Source: an uncultured bacterium (GTDB lineage Bacteria > Zhuqueibacterota > QNDG01 > DTFT01). From it: 64,000 nt of DNA. The stretch is taken from contig CAVTNR010000010.1 in assembly GCA_963736115.1 (NCBI GenBank), forward strand, positions 32,001 through 96,000, written 5' to 3'. The notes beneath the pieces were generated by a model, which was not told the DNA's origin, searched no databases, and saw only the letters and a list, made by a program, of their open reading frames with translations. Positions 28,179-38,205 of this stretch are shown piece after piece; the stretch's first letter is position 1, and each line of letters begins with the position of its first letter. Made by a program: the position numbers and the translations under genes.

Positions 28179-28460
28179 TCAGGACCGACGTGCGGACCGG
28201 CGCTTGATATGCTCCCCGGCCCAGATGCCGAGACAGCCCGTGACGATGTCCGCCCAGGTGTCGAAGCGCGTCCACCACTTCCAGGGACTGGCCAGGGACC
28301 AGTCCGCGGTCTCCCAGACCTCGATGGCCAGCACGAGAATCACCGCCCATTGCCAGCGTATGCCGCTCCACCGGCACAGGACGACGAAAATCAGGAAATG
28401 CATGATCCACGAAATCCAGTGCGTGTACAGCAGGGCGTGCAGCAGGGGATGCGGTTCCAT
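28179..28460 (-). CDS. Small hypothetical membrane protein
   Basis: Trp-rich hydrophobic helices with H...EVWE..D...DTWADI pattern. Confidence 0.5.
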   Translation of the reverse strand: MEPHPLLHALLYTHWISWIMHFLIFVVLCRWSGIRWQWAVILVLAIEVWETADWSLASPWKWWTRFDTWADIVTGCLGIWAGEHIKRRSARRS

Positions 28461-28510
28461 TCGCGCTCCGAGTCCGGGATGATGTGAATACCCCCTCAAT
28501 ATATAGTCCA

Positions 28511-28727
28511 AAGTTCATAGTTCAAAGTTCAAAGTTGTAGGTCCGATATGCCGGCATCCTTTCGCCGGGTATCGGACATCCAAACGTAAATGTCCGAAAG
28601 CCTCGCCTCCCGCTGCGCGGGACCAAGCAACAGATTATTTGTATTGAAGGCTTCGCGGCCAGGGCATTTCGGACCTACAACTTGGCAAATCCACTCGTTT
28701 AATTATGAACCATGAACTATGAACTTT
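28511..28727. repeat. Composite: heptamer arms + GTAG REP pair + inserted mini-module
   Basis: (AAGTTCA)n left arm and (TGAACYA)n right arm; AAGTTGTAGGTCCGA / TCGGACCTACAACTT inverted ends; module at 28608-28649. Confidence 0.8.
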
Positions 28728-29640
28728 GATCTTTTTTACTCTCCCGCCCCCCTCCCCTGGAATATTCCCGGAACCGGATCGGTGACAGGCCCGTGCGTTT
28801 CTTGAAGAACTTCGAGAAATAAAACTGAGATTCGAAACCGGTCAGCAGAGCGATTTCCTTGGCCGTGAACGATGTGCCGGTCAACAGGTCACGCGCCTTG
28901 TTGAGTTTCAATTGAAGAAAGTACTGCGCGGGCGCGAGGCCCGTGTAGTGCCGGAAGAGACGCCGGAACCGGGAATACCCGACGCCCAGCTCGTACGCCA
29001 GTTCCTCGAACCGGACCGGGGAGCCGATGCGGTCGGTCATGAAGGCCTTGGCCTTCTGTACGAGGGATTCAGCCTCCTCCCCCTGGAACCGTTTTGATTT
29101 CTCGATCGCATGGATTCGAGCCAGGATCTGGTAGGCCATCGAAGAGATGATTTCCTTGAATCCGATTTTTTCCGAGTCGATCCGCTCCAGGATGCGCTGG
29201 TACAGGTCGATGATACCCTCGTCCAGGCCGATGTCGAGCACGGCTTTTTCAGCCGACAAGATGCCGTGCCTGAGAAACTGCGCGGGTTGACGGCCGTCGA
29301 AGGAAATCCAGTGCTCTTTCCACCCCGTTTCCGGGTCGGGCATGTACCGGTGCCAGACCCCGGGCAGGAGAAATAGTACCGTCCCCTCCTCCACCTTCCT
29401 GCGGCCGCAGGCCTCGGATTCGAATATGCCTCGGCCGCGCGTGATGTACAGAATCTGGAACTCGGGGAGGATTCGGCCGTGCGGCCAGTCGAACATGTAC
29501 CCGTCCGGATGCCGCGTAGGCGGGTAATGGACATGGGGCGGCAGGTCGGCTGTACCGCTGCCTGTGACGTACAATCCCCACACCTTGTCCGTATCCGCGA
29601 CAGTCAGGTATTTAAAGTTGGAATAATCAGTTCGTATCAT
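28717..29640 (-). CDS. AraC-family transcriptional regulator
   Basis: Cupin N-terminus (QILYIT.G.G, LLPG.WHRY); C-terminal double HTH (FRRLF..YTG..P, GFESQFYFSKFFKK.TG.SP). Confidence 0.93.
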   Translation of the reverse strand: MIRTDYSNFKYLTVADTDKVWGLYVTGSGTADLPPHVHYPPTRHPDGYMFDWPHGRILPEFQILYITRGRGIFESEACGRRKVEEGTVLFLLPGVWHRYMPDPETGWKEHWISFDGRQPAQFLRHGILSAEKAVLDIGLDEGIIDLYQRILERIDSEKIGFKEIISSMAYQILARIHAIEKSKRFQGEEAESLVQKAKAFMTDRIGSPVRFEELAYELGVGYSRFRRLFRHYTGLAPAQYFLQLKLNKARDLLTGTSFTAKEIALLTGFESQFYFSKFFKKRTGLSPIRFREYSRGGGRESKKDQSS

Positions 29641-30029
29641 GTCCGGACTCCAATCAGGATCGTGTCAAAAAGTACAAAAATTTTATCAAAATATCCATTT
29701 ATTTTAAACAATCATTTTCTTAAACTATTATAAACTATGAAATAAAAATGGATCATCCGTATCGGTTTTCCCGGATCCATCACACACATAAATGACAATT
29801 CCGACTGTTCTCTTGAAGGGTCCTAAACTTATAATACAATATTAACTTAAACGCTCACGCGCGCGACGGTTCCCATACTGAGAGACGCGTACCATCAATG
29901 CTGAAAGATCGAATACGCAGATAATGAGATACAGGTCATACGCTTTGAAAGGGGGTGACCTCGCAGACAAATCCGCCGGTCCGTGAAAGGACCGTTCGAC
30001 TAAAACCGAATCGATAACGGAGGTACAAG

Positions 30030-31160
30030 ATGAAGAAAAGAGAATGGCTAGTCTGTCTCGCGCTTTTGGCCGTATCCGTCACGGCCGGCGCCCAGGACTT
30101 TTCAATCACGATCGACGGCCAGAAGGACGCCTGGTACAGCCAGCTGACCGGCCCCGCGAACGGCGCGGTGTACATCCCGGCCGACGCGTATCTGCGCGAC
30201 GTCGGCACCGCACCGGATGACAACGCGGACCTGTCGGCGACAGTCTGGTTTTCGTACGACGAGGAGTACCTCTACTGCTACGCGGAAGTCATGGACGACA
30301 TCGTGGCCGCGACCAATGCCAGCCGTTTCGAAAACGACTGTCTCGAGCTGAAGTTCGACCCGGATCCGGCGGCCGGTGCGGGAACCGCCACGGCCAACAG
30401 CCGCTTCACGGCCAGGGGCGCGGCCGACGCAGAGAACCCGGCCGGCGTGGACAACATCAACGGCTCCGGCCACCTCGAGGACGCCTCGAGCGCAGACTGG
30501 CTCCCGTCCGAGGACGATTACGCCCGCCGCATCACCGCGGACGGCTACGCGGTCGAGTTCCGCATTCCCTTCGAGTTCATCAACGAACCCCAGGACGGAC
30601 GATTCATGGTCGCGCCAGACGTGAACGCGGTTTTCGGCCTGGCGATCAATGTCGGCGACAATGACGCGGCGTCTCGCAACCACATGCTCCAATGGTCGGC
30701 CGGCCACGCGGACGGCGCACACAGCAATGCCGCGCTTCTCGGCTCCGCGACCTTTCTCGGCAATCACATGCTCAAGCTGGAAGCCGTCAGCCCGCGCGAC
30801 CCAACCATCGTCAATGAAAACGCCGATGACTGGTATCTCCTGCCCACCGGCGTCGACGACGCGTCCGTCATCGCGCCCGAGGCGTTCCAGCTGCTCTCGA
30901 ACTACCCGAATCCGTTCAACCCCTCCACGCGCATCCTCTACCGGTCCGACCGCATGGAACCGGTGACGATCGACATTTTCAGCGTGACCGGTGAACGGGT
31001 CCGCCGCCTGCTGGACGGTGCGACTGCCGCTCCGGGCGTTTATGAAGCGGTGTGGAACGGTCGGACCGACCTCGGCGAAACGGCCGTCAGCGGACCGTAC
31101 ATCGTCCGCCTGACCACGCCTTCGTATGCGGCATCCTGCAAGATCACACTGGTGAAATAA
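30030..31160 (+). CDS. Secreted CBM9/DOMON-like sugar-binding protein with FlgD/T9SS C-terminal domain
   Basis: GGAGG RBS, signal peptide; ITIDG..D..Y, DLSA....YDEEYLY...V.DD, D.LEL.FD, GY.VE.RIP; NYPNPFNP. Confidence 0.75.
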   Translation: MKKREWLVCLALLAVSVTAGAQDFSITIDGQKDAWYSQLTGPANGAVYIPADAYLRDVGTAPDDNADLSATVWFSYDEEYLYCYAEVMDDIVAATNASRFENDCLELKFDPDPAAGAGTATANSRFTARGAADAENPAGVDNINGSGHLEDASSADWLPSEDDYARRITADGYAVEFRIPFEFINEPQDGRFMVAPDVNAVFGLAINVGDNDAASRNHMLQWSAGHADGAHSNAALLGSATFLGNHMLKLEAVSPRDPTIVNENADDWYLLPTGVDDASVIAPEAFQLLSNYPNPFNPSTRILYRSDRMEPVTIDIFSVTGERVRRLLDGATAAPGVYEAVWNGRTDLGETAVSGPYIVRLTTPSYAASCKITLVK

Positions 31161-31250
31161 TCCTCTCCGCTGCCACGGCCGGCCACTCCGGGCTCCGAAG
31201 AGGTATTAGTGAAATAGACTTCCCGGACTCGGGGCCGCAGACCAGGCATC

Positions 31251-31287
31251 AAAAAAGGGACCTCCCGTAAGGGGGGTCCCTTTTTTC
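31251..31287. terminator. Bidirectional intrinsic terminator
   Basis: AAAAAAGGGACCTCCC-GTAA-GGGGGGTCCCTTTTTT between convergent genes. Confidence 0.85.
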
Positions 31288-31312
31288 GATCATTCACAAA
31301 CAATCCGCGAAA

Positions 31313-34300
31313 TTACTTTTTCTTCTTCAGCTCCGCCTTCCGCTTGGCTTCTTTCTTTGCCCGGTATTTGTCGCGCTTAATCTCCATGATCGCGTAAATA
31401 ACCGGCACGACGATAAGCGTGAGGATTGTAGCCACGGTGAGCCCGCCCATGACGGCGCGGGCCATCGGCGCCCAGGTCTCGCCGCTCTCTCCGATGCCCA
31501 ACGCGAGCGGGAGCATGGCGAGAATCGTCGTCAGTGCCGTCATGAGCACCGGCCGCATGCGGGTCAGGCCGGCTTTTTCAATGGCCTCGAACAGCGGCAT
31601 GCCTGAATCGTGGAGCTTGTTCGCGTAATCGACCAGCACGATGCCGTTGTTCACCACGATACCCACGAGCATGACCACGCCGATGAGCACCATAACCGAA
31701 ATCGGCGTCCAGGTCACCAGAAGGCCGAGCGCCACGCCGATGATGGCCATCGGAATCGTAAACATGATGACGAACGGGTCGAGGTACGACTCGAACTGGG
31801 ACGCCATGACCATGTAGCAGAGAATCATGGCGACCAGGAAGGCCAGCCCCAGGTACATGAACGACTTCATCTGCTCTTCGGCCGTGCCGCTGATGTCGAT
31901 GCGGTAATCATTGGGAACCGCCACCTGCTTCAGGGCTTTCTTGACGTCCCGTGAAGCGGCATCCAGGTTCCGGCCGGAGATGTCCACGTTCACGGTGACA
32001 ATGCGTTCCTGCGCCTTACGGTCGATACGCACCGGCGCCCGGTCCACGACGACATCCGCCACGGCCCGGAGGGGAACCTGGCGGCCCGCCGGCGTCATGA
32101 CGAGCAGGTTCTCGACCTGCCGCTGGCTCCGTCTCGCGTCCTCTTCCAGCCGGACGCGCACGTTGTACTCGTCCCCGCCGATCCGATAACGCGTGGCCAC
32201 TGTTCCGAGAATGCTCGTGCTGATCGCCTGCCCGACCATGGAGGTGGACAGTCCGAGATCCGCGATTCGCTGGCGGTCAAGCCGTATTTTCAGCTCGGGC
32301 GTCGCCTTCTCGATGCTGATCTTTGTGTCCGCAACGCCTTTGACGGACGAGATCTTCGCGATCACGTCCGCGGCCAGGGACTCCAGAACCTTCAGTTCGT
32401 GACCGTAAACCTCGATCACCATGTCGCCCTGGCTTCCCATCATCTGTTCACCGCGGTCCGACCATTCCACTTTCACGTCCGGAAGGTTCTTCAGCCGTTC
32501 TCGCAGGTCGTCCTGTATCTGTTTCATGTTCCGATTGCGTTCAGACAGCGGTTTCAGCTTGATCATCACCTCGCCCTGGTTCGAGCCGCTGGACCCGAAA
32601 ATGGCGAATGCGCCCTCCTGCTGTCCGAAATTGTAATAAGTGATCTCGGATTCGGGCACGCGCTCCGCAATGGTCCGGTAAATGAAATCCATGGTGCCGG
32701 CCATCGATTCCAGGCTGGTGCCGGGCGCCCGGTCCACCGTGAACTGCACGTACCCCATGTCGTTCTGGGGCATGAACTCGCCCCCCCGAAAGACAAGAAA
32801 CGCGATGGAGGCGGCAACCGCAACGCCGACGATTGCCAGTACGCGTTTGCGGTGCTGAATCGCCCACCGCAGAATGCGTCTGTAGGATTCATGGAGCCCG
32901 GCGAGCCACTGTTCGATGCGGTCTCCGAGCGCCTCGATCCATTCGAACCGGGAGCGCTCCCGGATGCGCGCCCCGGACAGCAGACGCGACGCGAGCAGAG
33001 GGACGAGCGTGATGGAGACGATCAGGGAAACCGCCAGGGACACAACGATGGTCAGCACCATGTCGTTGAACAGCTCGCCCGCGATGCCCGGCACGAAAAG
33101 CACGGGCACGAACACCACCAGGGTTGTGAGCGTGGACGCGGTGATGGCCATGGCCACCTCGTGCGTGCCCTTCTCCGCCGCGTCGCGCGGCGTTTCCCCC
33201 TCCTCGTTGTGCCGGAAAATAACCTCGAGCACCACGATGGAGTTGTCGACGATCATTCCCACGGCGAGCGCCAGTCCCGCCATGGAGATGATGTTCAGCG
33301 TCAGGCCGATGTAGTCCATTACCGCGAACGTGACCAGCATTGAAACCGGAATGGACACAGCCACGATGAGCGAACTCCGCAGGTTCCGGAGAAAGAACAG
33401 CAGCACCAGAAATGTGAGCAGAATCGCCTGCCAGGCGGAGGAACCGAGATTGGCCATGGACCGGTTGATGAAATCGGCCTGGTCGTACATGATTTTGACG
33501 TCAATGCCCTTGGGCAGTTCGGACTCGATGTCCGGAAGCGCCTTGCGCACCGCCCGGCTCACGGCCACCGTGTTGGCGTCGGATTGTTTCTGCGCCATTA
33601 CGAAAACCGATGGCGTTCCGTCGGTGTACACGCGCTGGCGCTGTTCGGCGAATCCGTCCACCACCTTCGCCACGTCGCGCACACGCACCACGGCGGCGCC
33701 CGATGCCATCACCGGCGTATTCTCGATCTCCGCAAGCGACAGGTATTCGCCGGCCGTCTGGATCGTGTATTCCTGATGCGGATCCTGAATCCATCCGGAG
33801 GCGATCTGCAGGTTGTTCATCTGCAGGGCGCCGAGCACCTGCTGAATCGACACGTTGCGCGCCCGCATGCGGATCGGGTCCGCCTGCACCTGAATTTCCC
33901 TCTGCAGGCCGCCCGACGTGAACGCCGACGCGACCCCGGCGATGCGTTCGAGCCTCGGCTCCAGTTCGTGCTCGGAGATGCGCCGGAGCTCCGCCATGCC
34001 GTGGACCTTGGATTCGAGCGTGAAATAAATGATCGGCATGTCCGACAGGTCGAAGGCGAAAATCATGGGATTACTGACACCCTCGGGAAGCACGTCCTTG
34101 ATGTACTCGAGCGCGTTCCGCACGTCGATCTGGGCCTGGTCCATGTTCGAGCCCCATTCGAACTCGAGCATGACGGCCGCCAGGCCCTGCTGGGACATGG
34201 ACGTCACTTGCTTGACATTCTCGACGGTCCCGACCGTCTCCTCCATGGGCCGGGTGACCACGGTCTCGATGTCGGCCGGACCCACGCCCGTGTACGTCGA

Positions 34301-34444
34301 AATCACGGCGATCATGGGGAATTCGAGGTTCGGGTACAGGTCAAGCTTGAGCCGGATCAGGGAGAACAGGCCGAAACCCGCGGCCATCAGGTAAATCATG
34401 AAGGCCGTGACGCCCCGCCGGACCGATACGCTGGTTAGACTCAT
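31313..34444 (-). CDS. RND efflux permease (AcrB/SwrC-like)
   Basis: GLALAVGMIVDNSIVVLE, ASTLTT.VVF.P, GIVVNNGIVLVD, RMRPVLMTALTTIL. Confidence 0.95.
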   Translation of the reverse strand: MSLTSVSVRRGVTAFMIYLMAAGFGLFSLIRLKLDLYPNLEFPMIAVISTYTGVGPADIETVVTRPMEETVGTVENVKQVTSMSQQGLAAVMLEFEWGSNMDQAQIDVRNALEYIKDVLPEGVSNPMIFAFDLSDMPIIYFTLESKVHGMAELRRISEHELEPRLERIAGVASAFTSGGLQREIQVQADPIRMRARNVSIQQVLGALQMNNLQIASGWIQDPHQEYTIQTAGEYLSLAEIENTPVMASGAAVVRVRDVAKVVDGFAEQRQRVYTDGTPSVFVMAQKQSDANTVAVSRAVRKALPDIESELPKGIDVKIMYDQADFINRSMANLGSSAWQAILLTFLVLLFFLRNLRSSLIVAVSIPVSMLVTFAVMDYIGLTLNIISMAGLALAVGMIVDNSIVVLEVIFRHNEEGETPRDAAEKGTHEVAMAITASTLTTLVVFVPVLFVPGIAGELFNDMVLTIVVSLAVSLIVSITLVPLLASRLLSGARIRERSRFEWIEALGDRIEQWLAGLHESYRRILRWAIQHRKRVLAIVGVAVAASIAFLVFRGGEFMPQNDMGYVQFTVDRAPGTSLESMAGTMDFIYRTIAERVPESEITYYNFGQQEGAFAIFGSSGSNQGEVMIKLKPLSERNRNMKQIQDDLRERLKNLPDVKVEWSDRGEQMMGSQGDMVIEVYGHELKVLESLAADVIAKISSVKGVADTKISIEKATPELKIRLDRQRIADLGLSTSMVGQAISTSILGTVATRYRIGGDEYNVRVRLEEDARRSQRQVENLLVMTPAGRQVPLRAVADVVVDRAPVRIDRKAQERIVTVNVDISGRNLDAASRDVKKALKQVAVPNDYRIDISGTAEEQMKSFMYLGLAFLVAMILCYMVMASQFESYLDPFVIMFTIPMAIIGVALGLLVTWTPISVMVLIGVVMLVGIVVNNGIVLVDYANKLHDSGMPLFEAIEKAGLTRMRPVLMTALTTILAMLPLALGIGESGETWAPMARAVMGGLTVATILTLIVVPVIYAIMEIKRDKYRAKKEAKRKAELKKKK

Positions 34445-34454
34445 CTTCCGCTCC

Positions 34455-35561
34455 TTATCGGACGGCCGCGACGGCCATGCCGTCGCGCAGACTGTTCTGG
34501 CCGGACACCACAATGGTATCGCCTTCGGCGAGGCCGGACCGGACCGCGATGTTCACCTGATTCACGTAATCGACTTCGATGGATTTCTGGATCGCCTTCC
34601 CCGAATCGCTCACGGTGAACACAAAATACTTCTTCACGACGCGTTCTCTTCCATTTTCGGATTCCATGGAGGTGTTCTCGATGGCCGCGTACCGGGGCAC
34701 GGTCAGGGCGTTCTTCAGAACGCCGGTCCGGACCTCGACTTCCGCGAACATGCCGGGCTTGAGCAGGCCGCCCGGATTCGGGGCGATCGCCTCCACCCGC
34801 GCCAGACGGGTCATGGGGTCGAGCACCGGGCTGATCTTCCGAACGCGGCCCTTGAAAACCTTTTCCTGATAGCTTTTCACCCGGATCCCGATCTCCTGGC
34901 CGACCGCCAGCCGGCCGAGATCCTGTTCCGCGGCCTGGAACAGGAGCTTGACCCGATCCATCTGCACGATGCGGACCAGGGGCATGGCCGGATTCGCCAT
35001 GTCGCCCTCGTCGTAATTACGCTCGCCCACCACCCCGGAAATCGGCGCCTTGACCGTGGTCTCGTCGAACTGGTCGCGGACGGAAGCCAGGGCGGCTTCT
35101 GATGCGCGCGACTGGGCCGCGGCCGCCTCGGACTGGGTGCGGATGGCGTCGTACTGCTGTTTGCTCATGGCGTTCTCTTTATACAGGCGCTCAGCCCGGA
35201 GGAACTCGGCGGCCATGTTCGCCTCCTGCGACCTCGCGGCCGCGAGCCCGGCTTCGGCCTGCAGGACCCCCTGTTCCAGGGTCGCGGCGTAGATCTTCGC
35301 CACGGGCGCGCCGGCCGATACGCGGCTTCCGATGTCGACGTAAAACCGCTCGATCCGGTCCGGTATCTTGGCGAACACCTGTACCTCGTTCTCGGCCTCT
35401 ATTTCCCCGGTGTAGGACAGGGATTGGACGACGTCGCCCTTCCCCACCGCGGCGACCTGAACGGGCACCTTGATTTCATCTTCCGCCTTCTTTTTTCCGC
35501 ATCCGGCCAGTGCCAGGGCCAGGCTCAGCAGAAGGGCGGTGGCGATTATGCGCTTTCGCAT
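34455..35561 (-). CDS. RND periplasmic adaptor (MFP) lipoprotein
   Basis: LAG-C lipobox; KAPISGVV, LKPGMF.EV, GL..GD.IV..G. Confidence 0.92.
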   Translation of the reverse strand: MRKRIIATALLLSLALALAGCGKKKAEDEIKVPVQVAAVGKGDVVQSLSYTGEIEAENEVQVFAKIPDRIERFYVDIGSRVSAGAPVAKIYAATLEQGVLQAEAGLAAARSQEANMAAEFLRAERLYKENAMSKQQYDAIRTQSEAAAAQSRASEAALASVRDQFDETTVKAPISGVVGERNYDEGDMANPAMPLVRIVQMDRVKLLFQAAEQDLGRLAVGQEIGIRVKSYQEKVFKGRVRKISPVLDPMTRLARVEAIAPNPGGLLKPGMFAEVEVRTGVLKNALTVPRYAAIENTSMESENGRERVVKKYFVFTVSDSGKAIQKSIEVDYVNQVNIAVRSGLAEGDTIVVSGQNSLRDGMAVAAVR

Positions 35562-35650
35562 GTATTTCTCCTTTATCGTGTTGATCATTGCCCCATTCGA
35601 GTCCCCGAAGGCAGGAACCGGCCCACCGGGCCTCTCAGACGCCGTTCCGC

Positions 35651-37057
35651 TCATTCCAGCACCCCTTTCAGCACGCCCGCCGCTTTCCGAAGTCCGTAAC
35701 GGGCCATCTGGTATTCGTACAGGGATGAAATGGAGTTGAGCCGGGACTGCGTGAGCGCGAGGCGGGCGCCCATCACGTCGAGCTGGGTGCTGGCGCCCTC
35801 CTCGTACATGAGATTCGCCAGACGCATGGCCTCCTCCGCCAGGACCGCGGATTCACCCGCGGCCTGCACCTTCTGTTTCGCCTCCAGGTACTTGTTATAG
35901 GCCATTTCGGTCTCCGCCGTGACGCCGTCGTCCGCCTGCTTCCAGTTGTCCTTCGCGATCTTCACATCCATGCGCGCCTTGTGCCAGCCGTACCAGTTGG
36001 CGCCGCTGTTGAACAGGGGAATCTGCAGGCTGACCGCGGACGTGAATCCCTTGCTGAAATCGTCCTGCGTGAACTTATAATCCGTCCGCATGGCCATGAA
36101 GGAGTAATCGGTCTGAAAGAACACCTTGGGCAGAAAGGCGCTCCGCGCGGCCGTGGCCGCTCCGGCGGCGATGGATTTCTGTCCGCTCAGGGCCTTGTAC
36201 TCCGGCCGGTTCTTGCGCGCGATCATTCTCAGGTCCGTGAGCGACAGGCTGTCCATGGCGTCGCCCGCATACGCGAGCCGGCCTTCGAGCGCGATCGGCG
36301 CGGATTCCGGCAGTCCCATGACCATGCGCAGTCCGGTCAGGGCCGAGAGATAGGCGTTCCCCGCGGAGATCACCTGGGGTTTGAGGTTGGCCACGTCCAC
36401 CTCGGCCCGCATCCGGTCGAATCCCGACGCGTTTCCAGCGTCGTATTTCTTCCGGACCAGGTCGAGATTCGCCTGCGATTGCTCCAGCGCCTGTTCCTGC
36501 ACGGCCTCCACTTCGCGGGCCAGCAGGCAGGCGTAGAACGCGTTGACCGTGCCGTACACGATCGCCTGCTTCCGGGCTTCCAGCCCGCCCTCGGCCGCGC
36601 GCTTCGCTCCGTTCGCGATGCGCACGCCGGCCCATCCCGCGCCACCCAGAAAGACGGGCTGGGTCAGCGCCGCCCCGTATAAAAAGGTGTTGTCCACGCC
36701 GAAGGAGAGCTTGAGGTAATCGGGCATGTCTTCCACGCCGGGCATCACATAGCTGCCGTCCGGGAGCCGCATGGCGGCCTTGATGAAGTTCGGGATGAGG
36801 CTCTCCTGAATCTCCCAGGAATGCTGAAAATTCAGGCTCCCCGTGACCCTGGGCAGGAGCGCCGCAACGGATTCGGCGACGCCTGACTTCGCCTTGGAGA
36901 GTTCCTTCTCCGCGATGCGGATTTCCGGATTCTGTTTCAACGCCGTTTCAACGCTCCGGCCGAGGTCCAGCCGGAGCGTATCCTGGCTGCGCACCGTTCC
37001 GGCCGCGGCGATCCAGATCACGATCACAGCCGTTCCCATGCGTTTCAAACCGCTCAT
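35651..37057 (-). CDS. TolC-family outer membrane efflux protein
   Basis: Two OEP repeats (AL.QNP, LP.V, LTQP.F.GG, L.IPLFNSG, Y.EG..TQLDV). Confidence 0.92.
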   Translation of the reverse strand: MSGLKRMGTAVIVIWIAAAGTVRSQDTLRLDLGRSVETALKQNPEIRIAEKELSKAKSGVAESVAALLPRVTGSLNFQHSWEIQESLIPNFIKAAMRLPDGSYVMPGVEDMPDYLKLSFGVDNTFLYGAALTQPVFLGGAGWAGVRIANGAKRAAEGGLEARKQAIVYGTVNAFYACLLAREVEAVQEQALEQSQANLDLVRKKYDAGNASGFDRMRAEVDVANLKPQVISAGNAYLSALTGLRMVMGLPESAPIALEGRLAYAGDAMDSLSLTDLRMIARKNRPEYKALSGQKSIAAGAATAARSAFLPKVFFQTDYSFMAMRTDYKFTQDDFSKGFTSAVSLQIPLFNSGANWYGWHKARMDVKIAKDNWKQADDGVTAETEMAYNKYLEAKQKVQAAGESAVLAEEAMRLANLMYEEGASTQLDVMGARLALTQSRLNSISSLYEYQMARYGLRKAAGVLKGVLE

Positions 37058-37151
37058 CTTCTCCTCCGTTTGACCATTGTGCATCCGATGCATCCTGTTG
37101 AAGTCCATTCACCCCGGATCCGCGAGCCGGAAATGCCGAATCCCGCGTTCA

Positions 37152-37802
37152 TCAATTTTCCAGGGACCTTTCAACGCCGGAGCCGGTTCCCCGCGCTTCC
37201 CCGGCCTTGGCCGCGGACCGTCCGTCATCCGGGCCGGCCAGAATGCCGTAAAAGAAAAAATTCATGATTTCCAGCAGTAGTTCCCGCCGCGACGCATAAT
37301 GGGCCAGCAGTTTTTCATCCACGACCATCTCCGTCATCCGGTCGATGAAATAGAGAATGAACTCGGGACGGATTTCCGGACGGATGCGGCCTCCGGCCTG
37401 GGCGTCGGCGAAGTCGGACATCCAGGCGTCGCGGTTTTTCCGCATCATGTCCTCCAGCATCGGAACGATTTCCGGATCCGGGCTCCGATACAGATCCTGA
37501 ATAAAATCGTTCCCGATCGTCTCGGACTGCTCCAGCTTGAGACGGATGATGGAACGGATTTTCGCGGGAAAAGGATCCTCTGAATTCATGATTGCGTGAT
37601 GCCGGGCATTCCCGTCTTCGAACAGTCGATGCAGGATGGCCCGAATCAGATCGTTCTTGTCCTTGAAATGTTTGTAGAACGTCATCTTGCTGATGTCTGC
37701 TTCGCGGCATATCTCTTCAATCGAAATCCGGCGCACCCCGTGTTTAAAGAACAGGGTCTGGGCTGTAGAAAATATCTTATCGCGTTTTGGATCAGTTTCC
37801 AT
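37152..37802 (-). CDS. TetR/AcrR-family regulator
   Basis: A..LF.KHG....SIEEIC..A.ISK.TFY.HF..K..L N-terminal HTH; heads the efflux operon. Confidence 0.92.
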   Translation of the reverse strand: METDPKRDKIFSTAQTLFFKHGVRRISIEEICREADISKMTFYKHFKDKNDLIRAILHRLFEDGNARHHAIMNSEDPFPAKIRSIIRLKLEQSETIGNDFIQDLYRSPDPEIVPMLEDMMRKNRDAWMSDFADAQAGGRIRPEIRPEFILYFIDRMTEMVVDEKLLAHYASRRELLLEIMNFFFYGILAGPDDGRSAAKAGEARGTGSGVERSLEN

Positions 37803-38205
37803 GTTTGTCCTGTTTTACGAAAATCGTCTTATAATACTGAATACGTCCAATTATTGATATTTTGTACGGAAGCTAATATAAAAAGTTGCATGTAATTTTC
37901 CAAATCCTCTTTTTGAGATCCTATGCCGATATTGCAATAATAACAAAAGGATAGGTGGATATTGCGAATTATACTAAAATATTCGTTTTTGAAATGGAAT
38001 ATCAGGTCCATTTCCAAATATTTCGAAATCTTCATATATACTTTAAGCCGGTGTTTTAAAGCAGGATGGGATGTGGGGCAAGGCAAGCAGATTCAATAAT
38101 CAGAATAAGATTCTAATGAATGTTTACCTGATATGGGATATTCCTGTCATCAAGGCACAACACTTGCATAAATCATAAGTATTAAAGAAAATAAGGACAC
38201 TTCCC

